From Flavobacteriales bacterium (GTDB lineage Bacteria; Bacteroidota; Bacteroidia; Flavobacteriales_F; PHOS-HE28), in contig JAEUSX010000097.1 of assembly GCA_016788405.1 (NCBI GenBank), positions 1 through 43,141 on the forward strand: a stretch of DNA of 43,141 bases, given 5' to 3'. Under the pieces are notes generated by a model. That model made no database searches. It was given only the letters and a program-made list of their open reading frames with translations, and was not told where the DNA came from. A program made the position numbers and the translations under genes. Below, one piece after another: positions 16,544-29,672 of this stretch (its first letter is position 1; every line of letters starts with the position of its first letter).

Positions 16544-18982
16544 ATGAACGCACCGCGACTCGCCCTGTTCACCGCATTCCTCGGATTCCAGCTCGCCGCC
16601 ATGGCTCAGCCGCGCATCCACGGATGCCTCGTGCTGCCAGATGGCAGGATCCCTCGGCCGCAGGCCCTCACCCAAGGCCAGCGCGACCTGATCGATGAGA
16701 CCATTGCGCGGAGCGACACCTTCGACATCATCCACTACGACATCACCTTGGACGCCACCGACTACTTCGGTGAGACGATCACGGCTGCCACGGCGATCAA
16801 TTGGGCGGCGAAGCTGCCCGGCCAATCGAGCATCCGCTTCGACCTTCAGTCACTTACGGTCGATTCCGTGATCGGCGAGAACGGCCCGCTCGCGTACACG
16901 CACGACGGACAGTTCCTCCGGGTGCAACTGGAGGACGAGCCTGTGATCGGCGAGCAGCACGTCATCACGGTGCACTACCACGGCACACCGGATGCGGATC
17001 CGTCCTGGGGCGGATTCTATTTCGCGAGCGATTACATCTACAACCTGGGCATCGGCCTCACCACGGTGCCCCCCAACTTCGGGAAGGTGTGGTATCCCTG
17101 CTTCGACAGCTTCATGGAGCGCGCAACATACACCTTCCACGTGAAGAGCGCCGGCAACAGGAGGTTATTCGGACAAGGCGAGTTCATGGGTGAAGTGCAG
17201 TTGGGCGGGGACACGGTGGTGAGGTCCTACGACCTGCCTCATGCCATCCCCACGCACATCAGCGCCATCGCCGTGGCCAACTACGACGAGTACGCCTACA
17301 CGCATGCCGGCGCATATGGCGACATCCCGATCTCCCTGAGGTCGAAGCCCGCGCAGTTGGGTGCCATGGTAGGGAAGTTCGTCGACCTCGGCGCGTGCAT
17401 CGATGCGCTGGAGCATTGGTACGGGCCTTATGCGTACGACCGCGTCGGTTACGTGCTCACCACCGATGGCGCGCTCGAGATCGCCACGAACATCGCTTAC
17501 CCGGATTTCATGACGGGGCAGAGCCTGGGCAGCAACCGGGACCTCTTCGCCCATGAGCTCGGCCACCATTGGTGGGGCGATAAGGTCACTCCACGCGTCC
17601 ATAACCACATGTGGCTGAAGGAAGGGCCCGCCGAGTACAGCAGTCATCTGCTGGATGAATGGCTAAATGGGCGGACCTCGATGGTGAGCAAGGTGAAGGA
17701 GAACCTGCTCGACATCCTTACCTCGGCGCACCTGGACGATGATGGGTTCCAAGCGCTGTCGCCCATGCCCGATGAGCACATCTACGGCACGCACACGTAC
17801 TACAAAGGCGCCGCGGTGATGCACAACATGCGCGGCTACCTCGGCGATGAGCTCTTCCGCGAAGCCATGCGCCAGTCTCAGGTCCGGCTGGCCGATACCG
17901 TGTTCACCCCGGAGATGTGGCGTGACACGATCGAGGCCATCACCAACGTGGAGATGGACGCCTTCTTCCAGGATTGGGTGTTCAGTCCCGGCTACTCCGT
18001 ATTCGAGATCCGGGGCTTCGATGCCGAGCCGAATGGCGGAGCGTGGGACGTGGACCTTCGGATCGGCCAGAAGCTTTACGGCACCAGCTCATTGCACGGC
18101 TCCACACCCTTGGACTTGACCTTGATCGGTGCCGATGGACAACAGCACGAAGCCTTGGTCACGGCCAGCGGATTGCTCACGCAGATCAACATCGATTGCC
18201 CCTTCGAGCCCGTCATGGCCGTGCTCAATCGTTATCAGCGGCTCAATCAGGCCAGGCTCGATCACGAGATCACCATTGTTCCGGGCGTCTTCTTCGCCAG
18301 CCAGCTGCCTCGTGTGGACATGCGCCTTTACGCGGACACCCTCGTCGATTCCACGCTGGTTCGGGTGGACCACATCTGGAGCGGCGCCGACGCCGATGCC
18401 TTGGGTTGGAGCATCAACGAGGTGAGTGGCGCCCATTATTGGAATGTGGATGGCTTGTGGCCGGAGGGGACGGCCCTGCGCGCGAAATTCATGTACCAGG
18501 GCACCACGCCCACTCAGATGGACCACGGCTTGATCAACGGTGATGAGACCGGCATCCTCATGGTCTGGAGGCCTGATGCCGAATCACCCTGGCAGATCCA
18601 TCCGGAGCAGACCGTGAACACGGGCACGTCCTTGACGAATGGAACCGGGAGCATCGATATCGATCGGCTCTACAAGGGTCAATACGCCTATGCCAAAGCA
18701 TCGGGCGTGATCGGCATCAATGAGCGGCCAGGGCGATCCTCCTTCACGCTCATGCCCGTGCCTGCCGATGAAGCGCTCACGGTGCGCTTCCAGCAGCCCC
18801 TGACGGGAACGGTGATCATGAACATCCTCGATTCCCAAGGCCGGCTGGTGCTGCGCGCCGTGCGACCGGGAGCGAATGAGGCCGTGATCGACACGCGCGA
18901 CCTCGCGCCCGGCGCTTACACCCTGAGCATCGCCACCGGTTTCGGTCAAGTGGGCACACGGGCTTTTCATGTCGCCCGCTGA
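16544..18982 (+). CDS. M1-family (gluzincin) metallopeptidase with a T9SS type A C-terminal sorting domain
   Basis: Signal peptide MNAPRLALFTAFLGFQLAAMAQP. HELGHHWWGD followed 18 residues later by WLKEGPAEY (HExxH-x18-E). The C-terminal ~80 aa, LMPVPADEALTV...DLAPGAYTLSI...FHVAR, fits the type A CTD pattern. Confidence 0.85.
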   Translation: MNAPRLALFTAFLGFQLAAMAQPRIHGCLVLPDGRIPRPQALTQGQRDLIDETIARSDTFDIIHYDITLDATDYFGETITAATAINWAAKLPGQSSIRFDLQSLTVDSVIGENGPLAYTHDGQFLRVQLEDEPVIGEQHVITVHYHGTPDADPSWGGFYFASDYIYNLGIGLTTVPPNFGKVWYPCFDSFMERATYTFHVKSAGNRRLFGQGEFMGEVQLGGDTVVRSYDLPHAIPTHISAIAVANYDEYAYTHAGAYGDIPISLRSKPAQLGAMVGKFVDLGACIDALEHWYGPYAYDRVGYVLTTDGALEIATNIAYPDFMTGQSLGSNRDLFAHELGHHWWGDKVTPRVHNHMWLKEGPAEYSSHLLDEWLNGRTSMVSKVKENLLDILTSAHLDDDGFQALSPMPDEHIYGTHTYYKGAAVMHNMRGYLGDELFREAMRQSQVRLADTVFTPEMWRDTIEAITNVEMDAFFQDWVFSPGYSVFEIRGFDAEPNGGAWDVDLRIGQKLYGTSSLHGSTPLDLTLIGADGQQHEALVTASGLLTQINIDCPFEPVMAVLNRYQRLNQARLDHEITIVPGVFFASQLPRVDMRLYADTLVDSTLVRVDHIWSGADADALGWSINEVSGAHYWNVDGLWPEGTALRAKFMYQGTTPTQMDHGLINGDETGILMVWRPDAESPWQIHPEQTVNTGTSLTNGTGSIDIDRLYKGQYAYAKASGVIGINERPGRSSFTLMPVPADEALTVRFQQPLTGTVIMNILDSQGRLVLRAVRPGANEAVIDTRDLAPGAYTLSIATGFGQVGTRAFHVAR

Positions 18983-19016
18983 GCCATCGCTCAACCCGGC
19001 GGGTCGCCGGAAGCAG

Positions 19017-20030
19017 ATGTACCCCGTATCCGATGGGCTGAAGGGGTACCTCGATCATGAGGGACGCAGCGTGAAGCTGCCCATCGCGTATGCTGATCTT
19101 CTGCGCCACGATGGTGTGATGCCCCGACGGGGCGCCCAAGGCGAGGACACGCTCTGGCAGAGCGTACTATTCCGCCCTGTCGACCGGGAGGAGCTTGAGC
19201 ACAAGCTGCTAGAGACCTATCAACGGCTGGTGGCCGATGGCCGGCACGTCGAGCATCTTCGGATCGGCGAGATCGACCTATGCCCTTACGGGAATTCGCA
19301 GCCGTTCCGCGTGAAAGTGATCAACCTGCTGAACGAGAACCATGACTACTTCTATGTGAAGCGAACGGATGCCAACCGCGTTTACGGATTGGAGTTGGAA
19401 CACCTGCTTTCGCCGTACCGGATCAGTTACCTCGTGGAAGGCAGCACCTTGGTGGAGGAGCACATCATCGGTGTGCCGGGCGATGCATTCATCGCCGAGC
19501 CAGCGCGTTACGGAGGGGAGTTGAATCGGGTGCGATTGTGCAAGGAATTCGTGAAGTTCAACGAGCGCTGCTTCGTGCGCTTGCTCGGCGACATGCGCGC
19601 GTACAACTTCGTGGTGGATGCCATTCACGATGTGGACCAGGTGCAGTACCGCCTGCGGGCCATCGACCTGGACCAGCAGAGCCATGAAGGAAGATTGCGC
19701 AGCTACCTGCCACAGTTCTACAAGGAGAACCTGCCCTACGTGAAGCTCGCTCAGGAGGCGATCGGTGCAGAGACCGCGGCGCAGTACCGGAACGAAGAGC
19801 GGTCGCTGATACGCCGCAGGGCGCGCCGGTCGCAAGGGCGCCTTACCGAACTGATCGGAGCCATGAAGCGCGACGTGATCGCCCCGGAGGAGAACGTCTT
19901 GCGCTTGGGCCAAGAGCTTGCCATGCACCACGATGACCCGATGTTCCACGGCCTGCCAAGCATGGGGCATCTGCTTGAGGAGCACCTCGCCCGGTGCCTC
20001 GCCGATGATCGCGCCGGATTGGACGAATGA
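19017..20030 (+). CDS. Hypothetical cytoplasmic protein with a Kdo/WaaP/RIO-like kinase catalytic-loop signature
   Basis: LLGDMRAYNFVVD (compare HGDLxxxNiLv) followed by RAIDLDQ (compare IDFxQ/IDFDR). Candidate upstream elements are YFYVKR (beta3 Lys) and LELEHLL (alphaC Glu). Start taken at MYPVSDG (19017). Confidence 0.5.
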   Translation: MYPVSDGLKGYLDHEGRSVKLPIAYADLLRHDGVMPRRGAQGEDTLWQSVLFRPVDREELEHKLLETYQRLVADGRHVEHLRIGEIDLCPYGNSQPFRVKVINLLNENHDYFYVKRTDANRVYGLELEHLLSPYRISYLVEGSTLVEEHIIGVPGDAFIAEPARYGGELNRVRLCKEFVKFNERCFVRLLGDMRAYNFVVDAIHDVDQVQYRLRAIDLDQQSHEGRLRSYLPQFYKENLPYVKLAQEAIGAETAAQYRNEERSLIRRRARRSQGRLTELIGAMKRDVIAPEENVLRLGQELAMHHDDPMFHGLPSMGHLLEEHLARCLADDRAGLDE

Positions 20031-20122
20031 TCCGATTGGGCATACCGGGACGTAACCGCTGCCGACGAGAGCCCGTATGAGCGCCCCGAACGCCGAGATC
20101 CGGCGTGCTCAAACGGACACAC

Positions 20123-20863
20123 ATGGCTCTTCCTCGACTACTTACGGTTGCCGCATTCGTGCTTCAATTAGCCGCGATAGCCCAGCCGCTCCGGATCGAG
20201 TATCGCTGGTTGAACTTCCCGTGCAGCGAGATCCTGAACTGCGATGCCGGTTGCAGCGCTTGCAACATGCCTGAAGCCACAGGAGGCACCCTGATCGGGA
20301 CCAACGCGGCTTGGTTGGGCGTTCAGACCTGTCCGCTCCCAGTGACCACTGCGGACAATGCGGTGTACACCGCCGGTTGGACGGCCGAGCCCACGCCGGA
20401 CAAGAGCGTGGTGTTCAACGCGCTTGCCACGAGCGCTGTGCGGCTGGACAGCATCCGTTTCCGCCATAAGATCTATCAGGATGGCCCGCAGCGCGTGAAG
20501 GTGCTCTTCACCAACAACCTCGCACTGCCTTTGCAAGAGATCGCCGATGTGGAGGTTCCTGATGCTTGGACGAACATCACCCTGAATGACCTCGGACCGA
20601 TCGTCGCTCCGGAAGGGAATCCGTTCGCCGCGTTCCAGATCCGATTCCAGCCCTACCAGAACAATACAGGCGGTTGGGCTTTGGATGAGCTTGTCATCTC
20701 CGCCAGCCCGTTGAACGAAGCGCAAACCGGCATTTCAGAAGCGTGGTTGCAGGCGCCGGCAACCAAGGGTCCGACCTATGATATCATGGGTCGGCCGGTC
20801 GGGCGCGACCGCGCCCCTGGCATGTACCAGCGTCAAGGGAAGCGCGTGGTGCAGCTGGACTGA
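20123..20863 (+). CDS. Hypothetical secreted protein with an N-terminal Cys cluster and beta-sandwich-like body
   Basis: Signal peptide MALPRLLTVAAFVLQLAAIAQP, Cys cluster CSEILNCDAGCSAC, and GGWALDELVISA near the end of the body. The last ~30 aa (YDIMGRPVGRDRAPGMYQRQGKRVVQL) resemble only the final strands of a T9SS type A tail. Confidence 0.5.
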   Translation: MALPRLLTVAAFVLQLAAIAQPLRIEYRWLNFPCSEILNCDAGCSACNMPEATGGTLIGTNAAWLGVQTCPLPVTTADNAVYTAGWTAEPTPDKSVVFNALATSAVRLDSIRFRHKIYQDGPQRVKVLFTNNLALPLQEIADVEVPDAWTNITLNDLGPIVAPEGNPFAAFQIRFQPYQNNTGGWALDELVISASPLNEAQTGISEAWLQAPATKGPTYDIMGRPVGRDRAPGMYQRQGKRVVQLD

Positions 20864-20912
20864 GCATCGGCGGGATCGACCGGCGCGAGGCCCCGGTTAC
20901 ATTTACCGCCGC

Positions 20913-21848
20913 ATGCCAAGCATCCTCGTAACCGGTGGCGCCGGCTTCGTCGCAAGCGACCTTGCCGTCAAGCTCGCCGCGGATCCACAGAACGACATCA
21001 CGGTGGTGGACAATCTCCTCACCGGCGACCGGCGCAAGCTGCCTGCGAAGCTGCCGCCGAACATGCGCTTCATCAAATGCGATGTCAACAGGTTCGAGGA
21101 CATCAGCGCGGTGTTCTACGCGAACCGTTTCGACCATGTGTTCCATTATGCGGCCGTGGTCGGCGTGAAGCGCACCACGGATAACCCGGTCATGGTGCTG
21201 CGCGACATCGATGGCATCCGCAACATCCTCGACCTGTCGAAGAACACGGGCGTGAAGCGCGTGCTGTACAGCAGCAGCAGCGAGGTGTACGGTGAGCCGG
21301 TCGAGATCCCTCAGAATGAGCGCACCACGCCGCTCAACAGCAAGTTGCCCTACGCCATCGTGAAGAACATCGGCGAGGCCTTCCTTCGGAGCTACCACAA
21401 GGAGTTCGGGCTGTCGTACACCGTATTCCGGTTCTTCAACACCTATGGCCCGCATCAAAGCCGAGATTTCGTCGTCAGCAAGTTCATCCGGGCGGCCCTG
21501 GCCGGAGAGGACATCACCATCTACGGCGATGGGTCCCAGACACGCACTTTCTGCTACATCGACGACAATACCGATGCATGCCTCGCCGCCTTCCGGCGCG
21601 AAGAAGTGATGAATGACGTGGTGAACATCGGCAGCGATGCGGAGATCACCATCAAGGATCTGGCGCGCACCATCATAGAGATCACGGGGAGCTCATCTCG
21701 CATCGTGCACCTGCCACCGCTGGAAGAAGGGGACATGACCCGGCGCATGCCGGACATCACCCGCATGCGTGCTTTGCTCGGGCGCGAGCCTCAGCCTCTG
21801 CGGGCCGGATTGGAGCGCATCTGCGCGCACGCTGCAGTATCCAGCTGA
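20913..21848 (+). CDS. NAD-dependent sugar-nucleotide epimerase/dehydratase (UDP-glucuronate decarboxylase-like extended SDR)
   Basis: VTGGAGFVASDL Rossmann motif, SSSSEVYG and YAIVK (YxxxK). Start at MPSILVTGG (20913). Confidence 0.88.
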   Translation: MPSILVTGGAGFVASDLAVKLAADPQNDITVVDNLLTGDRRKLPAKLPPNMRFIKCDVNRFEDISAVFYANRFDHVFHYAAVVGVKRTTDNPVMVLRDIDGIRNILDLSKNTGVKRVLYSSSSEVYGEPVEIPQNERTTPLNSKLPYAIVKNIGEAFLRSYHKEFGLSYTVFRFFNTYGPHQSRDFVVSKFIRAALAGEDITIYGDGSQTRTFCYIDDNTDACLAAFRREEVMNDVVNIGSDAEITIKDLARTIIEITGSSSRIVHLPPLEEGDMTRRMPDITRMRALLGREPQPLRAGLERICAHAAVSS

Positions 21849-23719
21849 TGTGCGGCATCGCGGGCATCCACGGCTTGGAGGGGTTGAGCGATCCAGAAGG
21901 GCTGGTGCGGCGCATGAACGCCGCGATGGCGCACCGTGGTCCCGATGCCGATGGCGTGCTTCGCAGGGGCAATTCGGTCCTCGGGCACCGGCGGTTGAGC
22001 ATCATCGACCTCTCGCCGGAGAGCAACCAGCCATTCCTGAGCGATGATGGCCGCTTCGCCATCGCCTTCAATGGCGAGATCTACAATTACCGGGAACTGA
22101 AGCTGGAGCTGCATCGGCCATGGCGGACCGGCGGGGATACCGAAGTGCTGCTGGCTGCCTATGAAGCCTGGGGCGATGATTGCCTTCATCGTCTGCAAGG
22201 CATGTTCGCCTTCGTGATCCACGACCGCGATTCTGACGAGCTCTTCATTGCGCGCGACCGGATGGGCATCAAGCCGCTCTATTGGTACCGGGACGATGAG
22301 CGCGTGCTCTTCGCCAGCGAGCTGCGCGCCCTGCTGGCAACAGGCCTGGTGCCACGGCGTTTGGACCGCTTGGCCCTGATCGACCATCTGCGCTACCAGA
22401 CGGTGCATGAGCCAGCGACCATCGTCGAGGGCGTGCGCATGCTGGAAGCCGGCCATTGGATGCGCGTAAGCGACCAGGAGCTGAGCACAGGTCGCTGGTA
22501 CGACTTGGCGCATGCCGTGAAGCGCGATGCGGAACGGCTCCCGCTCGAGGCGGTGAAGAACGAGATACGCGAACGCCTCTCGCGGGCGGTGGAAAAGCGG
22601 CTCGTGAGCGATGTGCCTTTCGGCGCGTTTCTGAGCGGGGGCATAGACAGCAGCGCTGTAGTGGGCTTGATGGCGCAGGGCATGGCTTCGCCGGTTCACA
22701 CCTTCTCCGTGGTGTTCGATGAGGAAGCCTACAGCGAAGAGCGCTATGCCCGGCTGGTCGCAGGGAAGTTCAGAACCGAGCATACGAGCATCCGCCTTCA
22801 GCCCCGAGATATGCTGCGCATGCTGCCCGATGCGCTCGCCGCAATGGATCACCCCAGCGCGGATGGCCCGAATACCTACGTGGTCTCGAAGAAGACCAAG
22901 GAAGCGGGCATTACCATGGCTTTGAGCGGGCTCGGTGGTGATGAGGTCTTCGCGGGATATCCGGTCTTCACGCGTACGATGGCACTCTGGAATCGGCGGT
23001 GGGTCACGCAATTCCCGAGAGAGCTCCGTGGTTTCGCGGCCCGGATCATCGCGTTGGCGCGCCCATCGATCGCCTCGGACAAGCTTGGTGAGTTGCTTCG
23101 TCTTCCTTCCTTCAGCGTTGACGATACGTTCCCGGTCTCTAGGCTCGCCTTCAGCGATCGGGAGCTGATGCGCTTCCTCTCAATGGAACGGCTCCCAGCG
23201 AATCGGGTGAGGGAGGTGATGCACGGATTGATACGCACTGATGGCGGGCACGCGCTGCCGTTCTTGAGCCAAGTGAGCCTGGGCGAGATCAGCACCTATA
23301 TGCGCAATGTGCTACTCCGTGATGCGGATCAGATGAGCATGGCGCACGCCCTTGAAGTGCGGGTGCCTTTCCTGGACCACGATCTGGTCGAATTCGTTCT
23401 TGGTGTGGGCGATGCCGTGAAATACCCGCACAGCCCGAAGCATCTGCTGGTGGGATCATTGGGTGATCTGCTTCCCTATGAGGTGGTGGACCGGCCTAAG
23501 ATGGGCTTTACGCTTCCTTGGGAGGCCTGGATGCGGAATGATCTGAAGACCTTTTGCGAGGACCGTTTGTTTCGGCTTCAAACACGTGATGTGTTCCGCC
23601 CAGGGGCCCTTATGACCCTTTGGAGGCGGTTCCTGTCGAACGACCCGCGGGTGAATTGGTCGCGCGTCTGGTCACTCGTTGTTCTTGGAGATTGGCTCGA
23701 CCGGCATGGCATGGAGTGA
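21848..23719 (+). CDS. asnB: Asparagine synthase (glutamine-hydrolysing) family amidotransferase
   Basis: MCGIAG N-terminal nucleophile Cys, SGGIDSS PP-loop, 623 aa. The start overlaps the upstream stop (TGATG). Confidence 0.92.
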   Translation: MCGIAGIHGLEGLSDPEGLVRRMNAAMAHRGPDADGVLRRGNSVLGHRRLSIIDLSPESNQPFLSDDGRFAIAFNGEIYNYRELKLELHRPWRTGGDTEVLLAAYEAWGDDCLHRLQGMFAFVIHDRDSDELFIARDRMGIKPLYWYRDDERVLFASELRALLATGLVPRRLDRLALIDHLRYQTVHEPATIVEGVRMLEAGHWMRVSDQELSTGRWYDLAHAVKRDAERLPLEAVKNEIRERLSRAVEKRLVSDVPFGAFLSGGIDSSAVVGLMAQGMASPVHTFSVVFDEEAYSEERYARLVAGKFRTEHTSIRLQPRDMLRMLPDALAAMDHPSADGPNTYVVSKKTKEAGITMALSGLGGDEVFAGYPVFTRTMALWNRRWVTQFPRELRGFAARIIALARPSIASDKLGELLRLPSFSVDDTFPVSRLAFSDRELMRFLSMERLPANRVREVMHGLIRTDGGHALPFLSQVSLGEISTYMRNVLLRDADQMSMAHALEVRVPFLDHDLVEFVLGVGDAVKYPHSPKHLLVGSLGDLLPYEVVDRPKMGFTLPWEAWMRNDLKTFCEDRLFRLQTRDVFRPGALMTLWRRFLSNDPRVNWSRVWSLVVLGDWLDRHGME

Positions 23720-23739
23720 GCAGACCATCCCGCGCCGAA

Positions 23740-23774
23740 AACAAGAAGCCGGACCCATGGTCCGGCTTCTTGTT
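23740..23774. terminator. Bidirectional stem-loop between convergent genes (perfect 16-bp stem, 3-nt loop)
   Basis: AACAAGAAGCCGGACC (23740-23755) / cat / GGTCCGGCTTCTTGTT (23759-23774). It lies between the asnB stop (23719) and the OMP stop (23803), with A/T-rich flanks on both sides. Confidence 0.75.
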
Positions 23775-23802
23775 GAACAAGCCAGTGGGACGTTCCGATG
23801 AA

Positions 23803-24765
23803 TCAGAATTTCGCGCGGCTCTTCCGTCCGACACGCTTGGTTCCGCGTATCCAGCTGTACCGCTGACGGTAGAAATTCGACTGGCCACGCAGCACGTAGC
23901 TGTACGTGAAGGTCATGGTCAGGTAACTGTCGTTGTGCGTGGGGTCGCCGCGGATATTCTCCACCGCCGATCCATCCGCGAACTCCCGGTAACCGTAGTT
24001 GTATGGGTCTGGTAGAGTAGGGTCCGATGCGACGAAGTTGTTCTGGTTAGCCAGTTGAGCGGCCGTTCCTGTGGCACCGCCTGGGAGCAGATCCGGATCC
24101 TTGTATGTGGTGCTCACATCATCGAGGTAATCCGAGAATGTCGTCCTCCAGCCGATGTCGAAGCCGTAACGATGACGGCGCTTCTTGGTGAAGTGGAAGC
24201 CGATGCCCGCCGGTATGCTCACACCGATGGCTGAGTAATTGGCTAATTCGGTATTGTAATCGCGCAGATTGTAGAAGGCCCCTTCTCGGTTCAGTTGCCC
24301 TTTGGGATTCGAGAAGTAAACGCCTGCGCCGACGTAGCCGAAGAGTCGGAAATCGGTCTTATAGCGGCCTCGACCACCCAAGTCATTGTCTTGGAAGATC
24401 GTGAACTCCGGCCGTATGTACCATTCCAACAGGTCGTTCCGGAAATTCAGGTTGCGGCCACGGCGAGGACCGTAGCTCTCCGTCAATGCATCTGCGCCTT
24501 GGATGCGCATGTACATGATTCCGGTGCTGACCGAGAACATGCGGTTCAGCTTGCGACGCGCGAACCCGCCGACGGCCCAGCGCGTCTGGCTGAGCTTCAT
24601 GTCCCAGATGAAATCCCTCCGGGGCTGGTCCTTCCCGCCCATCTCACCCAAGTAATTGGCTCCGCCGATGTGGAAACCAATGTCCCAAGCGTATTGAGCA
24701 GAAACGGAGGTCAGCGTGGCAATCGCCAGCGTCAGGAGAATGGTTCGAGGAGTAGCCAGGCGCAT
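23803..24765 (-). CDS. Outer-membrane beta-barrel protein (DUF6089-like?)
   Basis: Signal peptide MRLATPRTILLTLAIATLTSVSAQ, alternating aromatic/Gly strands, and a C-terminal Phe (..SRAKF) typical of OMPs. I chose the start at 24765 because a -7 box sits inside the longer ORF. Confidence 0.62.
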   Translation of the reverse strand: MRLATPRTILLTLAIATLTSVSAQYAWDIGFHIGGANYLGEMGGKDQPRRDFIWDMKLSQTRWAVGGFARRKLNRMFSVSTGIMYMRIQGADALTESYGPRRGRNLNFRNDLLEWYIRPEFTIFQDNDLGGRGRYKTDFRLFGYVGAGVYFSNPKGQLNREGAFYNLRDYNTELANYSAIGVSIPAGIGFHFTKKRRHRYGFDIGWRTTFSDYLDDVSTTYKDPDLLPGGATGTAAQLANQNNFVASDPTLPDPYNYGYREFADGSAVENIRGDPTHNDSYLTMTFTYSYVLRGQSNFYRQRYSWIRGTKRVGRKSRAKF

Positions 24766-24797
24766 GCTCAGGGCTTGAAGGCGTGAGAGTTGACGCG

Positions 24798-24805
24798 CAA
24801 ACATA
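24798..24805 (-). promoter_or_regulatory. Canonical Bacteroidota -7 box TATGTTTG (minus strand) for the OMP gene
   Basis: The plus strand reads CAAACATA at 24798-24805, which is TATGTTTG on the minus strand, 32 nt upstream of the ATG at 24765. Confidence 0.4.
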
Positions 24806-24889
24806 AGAAACAAGGCTTTGAGCGTGAGGGAGCCATCGGTAGCCGGTTTTCAACAATTCGGCGATTGGCTTGACCGTTGCCCATCAGGC

Positions 24890-24897
24890 TAGATTTG
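24890..24897 (+). promoter_or_regulatory. Canonical Bacteroidota -7 box TAGATTTG with TTG 17 nt upstream
   Basis: TTG at 24870-24872, a 17-nt spacer, TAGATTTG at 24890-24897, then 20 nt to the ATG at 24918. Confidence 0.42.
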
Positions 24898-24917
24898 GCG
24901 CCCCTTCAAGGGTATTC

Positions 24918-25868
24918 ATGGGTACACGGATCACCGCGCTTTTCGGAATTGAGCATCCCATCGTTCAGGCGGGCATGATCTGGTGCTCCGGTTGGCGACT
25001 CGCCGCAGCGGTGAGCAATGCCGGTGGACTAGGCCTGATAGGCTCTGGGAGCATGTACCCGGAGGTGCTCCGGGAGCATATCCGCCGGTGCAAGGCGGCT
25101 ACGGACAGGCCCTTCGGCGTGAATGTTCCGATGCTGTATCCGGATATTGAGAAGCACATCGCCATCATAGAAGCGGAGCAGGTGCCCATCGTGTTCACAT
25201 CCGCCGGGAATCCAGGTACTTGGACTGGGAGGTTGAAGGACAAGGGCATCAAAGTGGCGCATGTGGTCAGCAGCGTGCGATTCGCGGTCAAGGCCGAGAA
25301 AGCCGGGGTGGATGCGGTGGTGGCCGAAGGCTTCGAGGCAGGAGGTCACAACGGGAGGGAGGAGACCACCACCTTGGTTCTTGTCCCGATGGTTGCCGAC
25401 GCGCTGTCCGTTCCCGTGATCGCTGCAGGAGGTATTTGCGATGGCAGGAGCATGCTCGCCGCCATGGTCCTGGGTGCTGAAGGCGTGCAGGTGGGCACCC
25501 GGTTCGTGTGCAGCGAGGAGAGCTCAGCGCACCCCGCGTTCAAGCAGCGTGTGGCGGACGCGGATGAAGGGGATACCCTGCTCACGTTGAAGGAGGTTAC
25601 ACCGGTGCGACTATTGAGGAATCCATTCTTCGACCAGGTGAAGGAGGCTTACGCCAGGGGGGCCACTGCCGAAGAACTCAGGTCCATTCTGGGTCGTGGG
25701 CGAGCCAAGCGAGGCATGTTCGAGGGCGATCTGGATGAAGGAGAGCTTGAGATCGGGCAGGTCAGCGGCCGGTTCCATGAGATCCTGCCCGCAGCGCGGA
25801 TCGTTGCTGAAATGCTCTCGGAATATGAAGCCGCCCGCGCTCGAGTCAGCGAGATTCCATGCGCATGA
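24918..25868 (+). CDS. Nitronate monooxygenase family flavoprotein (FabK-like enoyl-ACP reductase II candidate)
   Basis: FGIEHPIVQAGM, AGGLGLIG, and AAGGICDGRSMLAAMVLGAEGVQVGTRF (FMN-binding TIM-barrel motifs). Confidence 0.83.
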   Translation: MGTRITALFGIEHPIVQAGMIWCSGWRLAAAVSNAGGLGLIGSGSMYPEVLREHIRRCKAATDRPFGVNVPMLYPDIEKHIAIIEAEQVPIVFTSAGNPGTWTGRLKDKGIKVAHVVSSVRFAVKAEKAGVDAVVAEGFEAGGHNGREETTTLVLVPMVADALSVPVIAAGGICDGRSMLAAMVLGAEGVQVGTRFVCSEESSAHPAFKQRVADADEGDTLLTLKEVTPVRLLRNPFFDQVKEAYARGATAEELRSILGRGRAKRGMFEGDLDEGELEIGQVSGRFHEILPAARIVAEMLSEYEAARARVSEIPCA

Positions 25869-25915
25869 GCCCAAGTTGGCAACATGAGCACGTGCAACAG
25901 CGTCTATTCAGCGTG

Positions 25916-29561
<3,646 letters not shown>

Positions 29562-29634
29562 AGGTTCGGCGACGAACACCCCAGCGTTGATGGCTTATTG
29601 TTAAGCCTGCGTTAATTCGAGGTGAACCGAAGGC

Positions 29635-29642
29635 TATCTTTG
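29635..29642 (+). promoter_or_regulatory. Canonical -7 box TATCTTTG upstream of the MORN/YwqK-like gene
   Basis: TATCTTTG lies 30 nt upstream of the ATG at 29673. Confidence 0.38.
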
Positions 29643-29672
29643 GGCGTATCAAAGGCCCTAAGAAGCACCTTC

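Noticed and set aside
29592-29607. A GGCTTA-ttgt-TAAGCC hairpin after guaB as an intrinsic terminator.
   Set aside because: It has only a 6-bp AT-containing stem and no U-tract, which is too weak to call.
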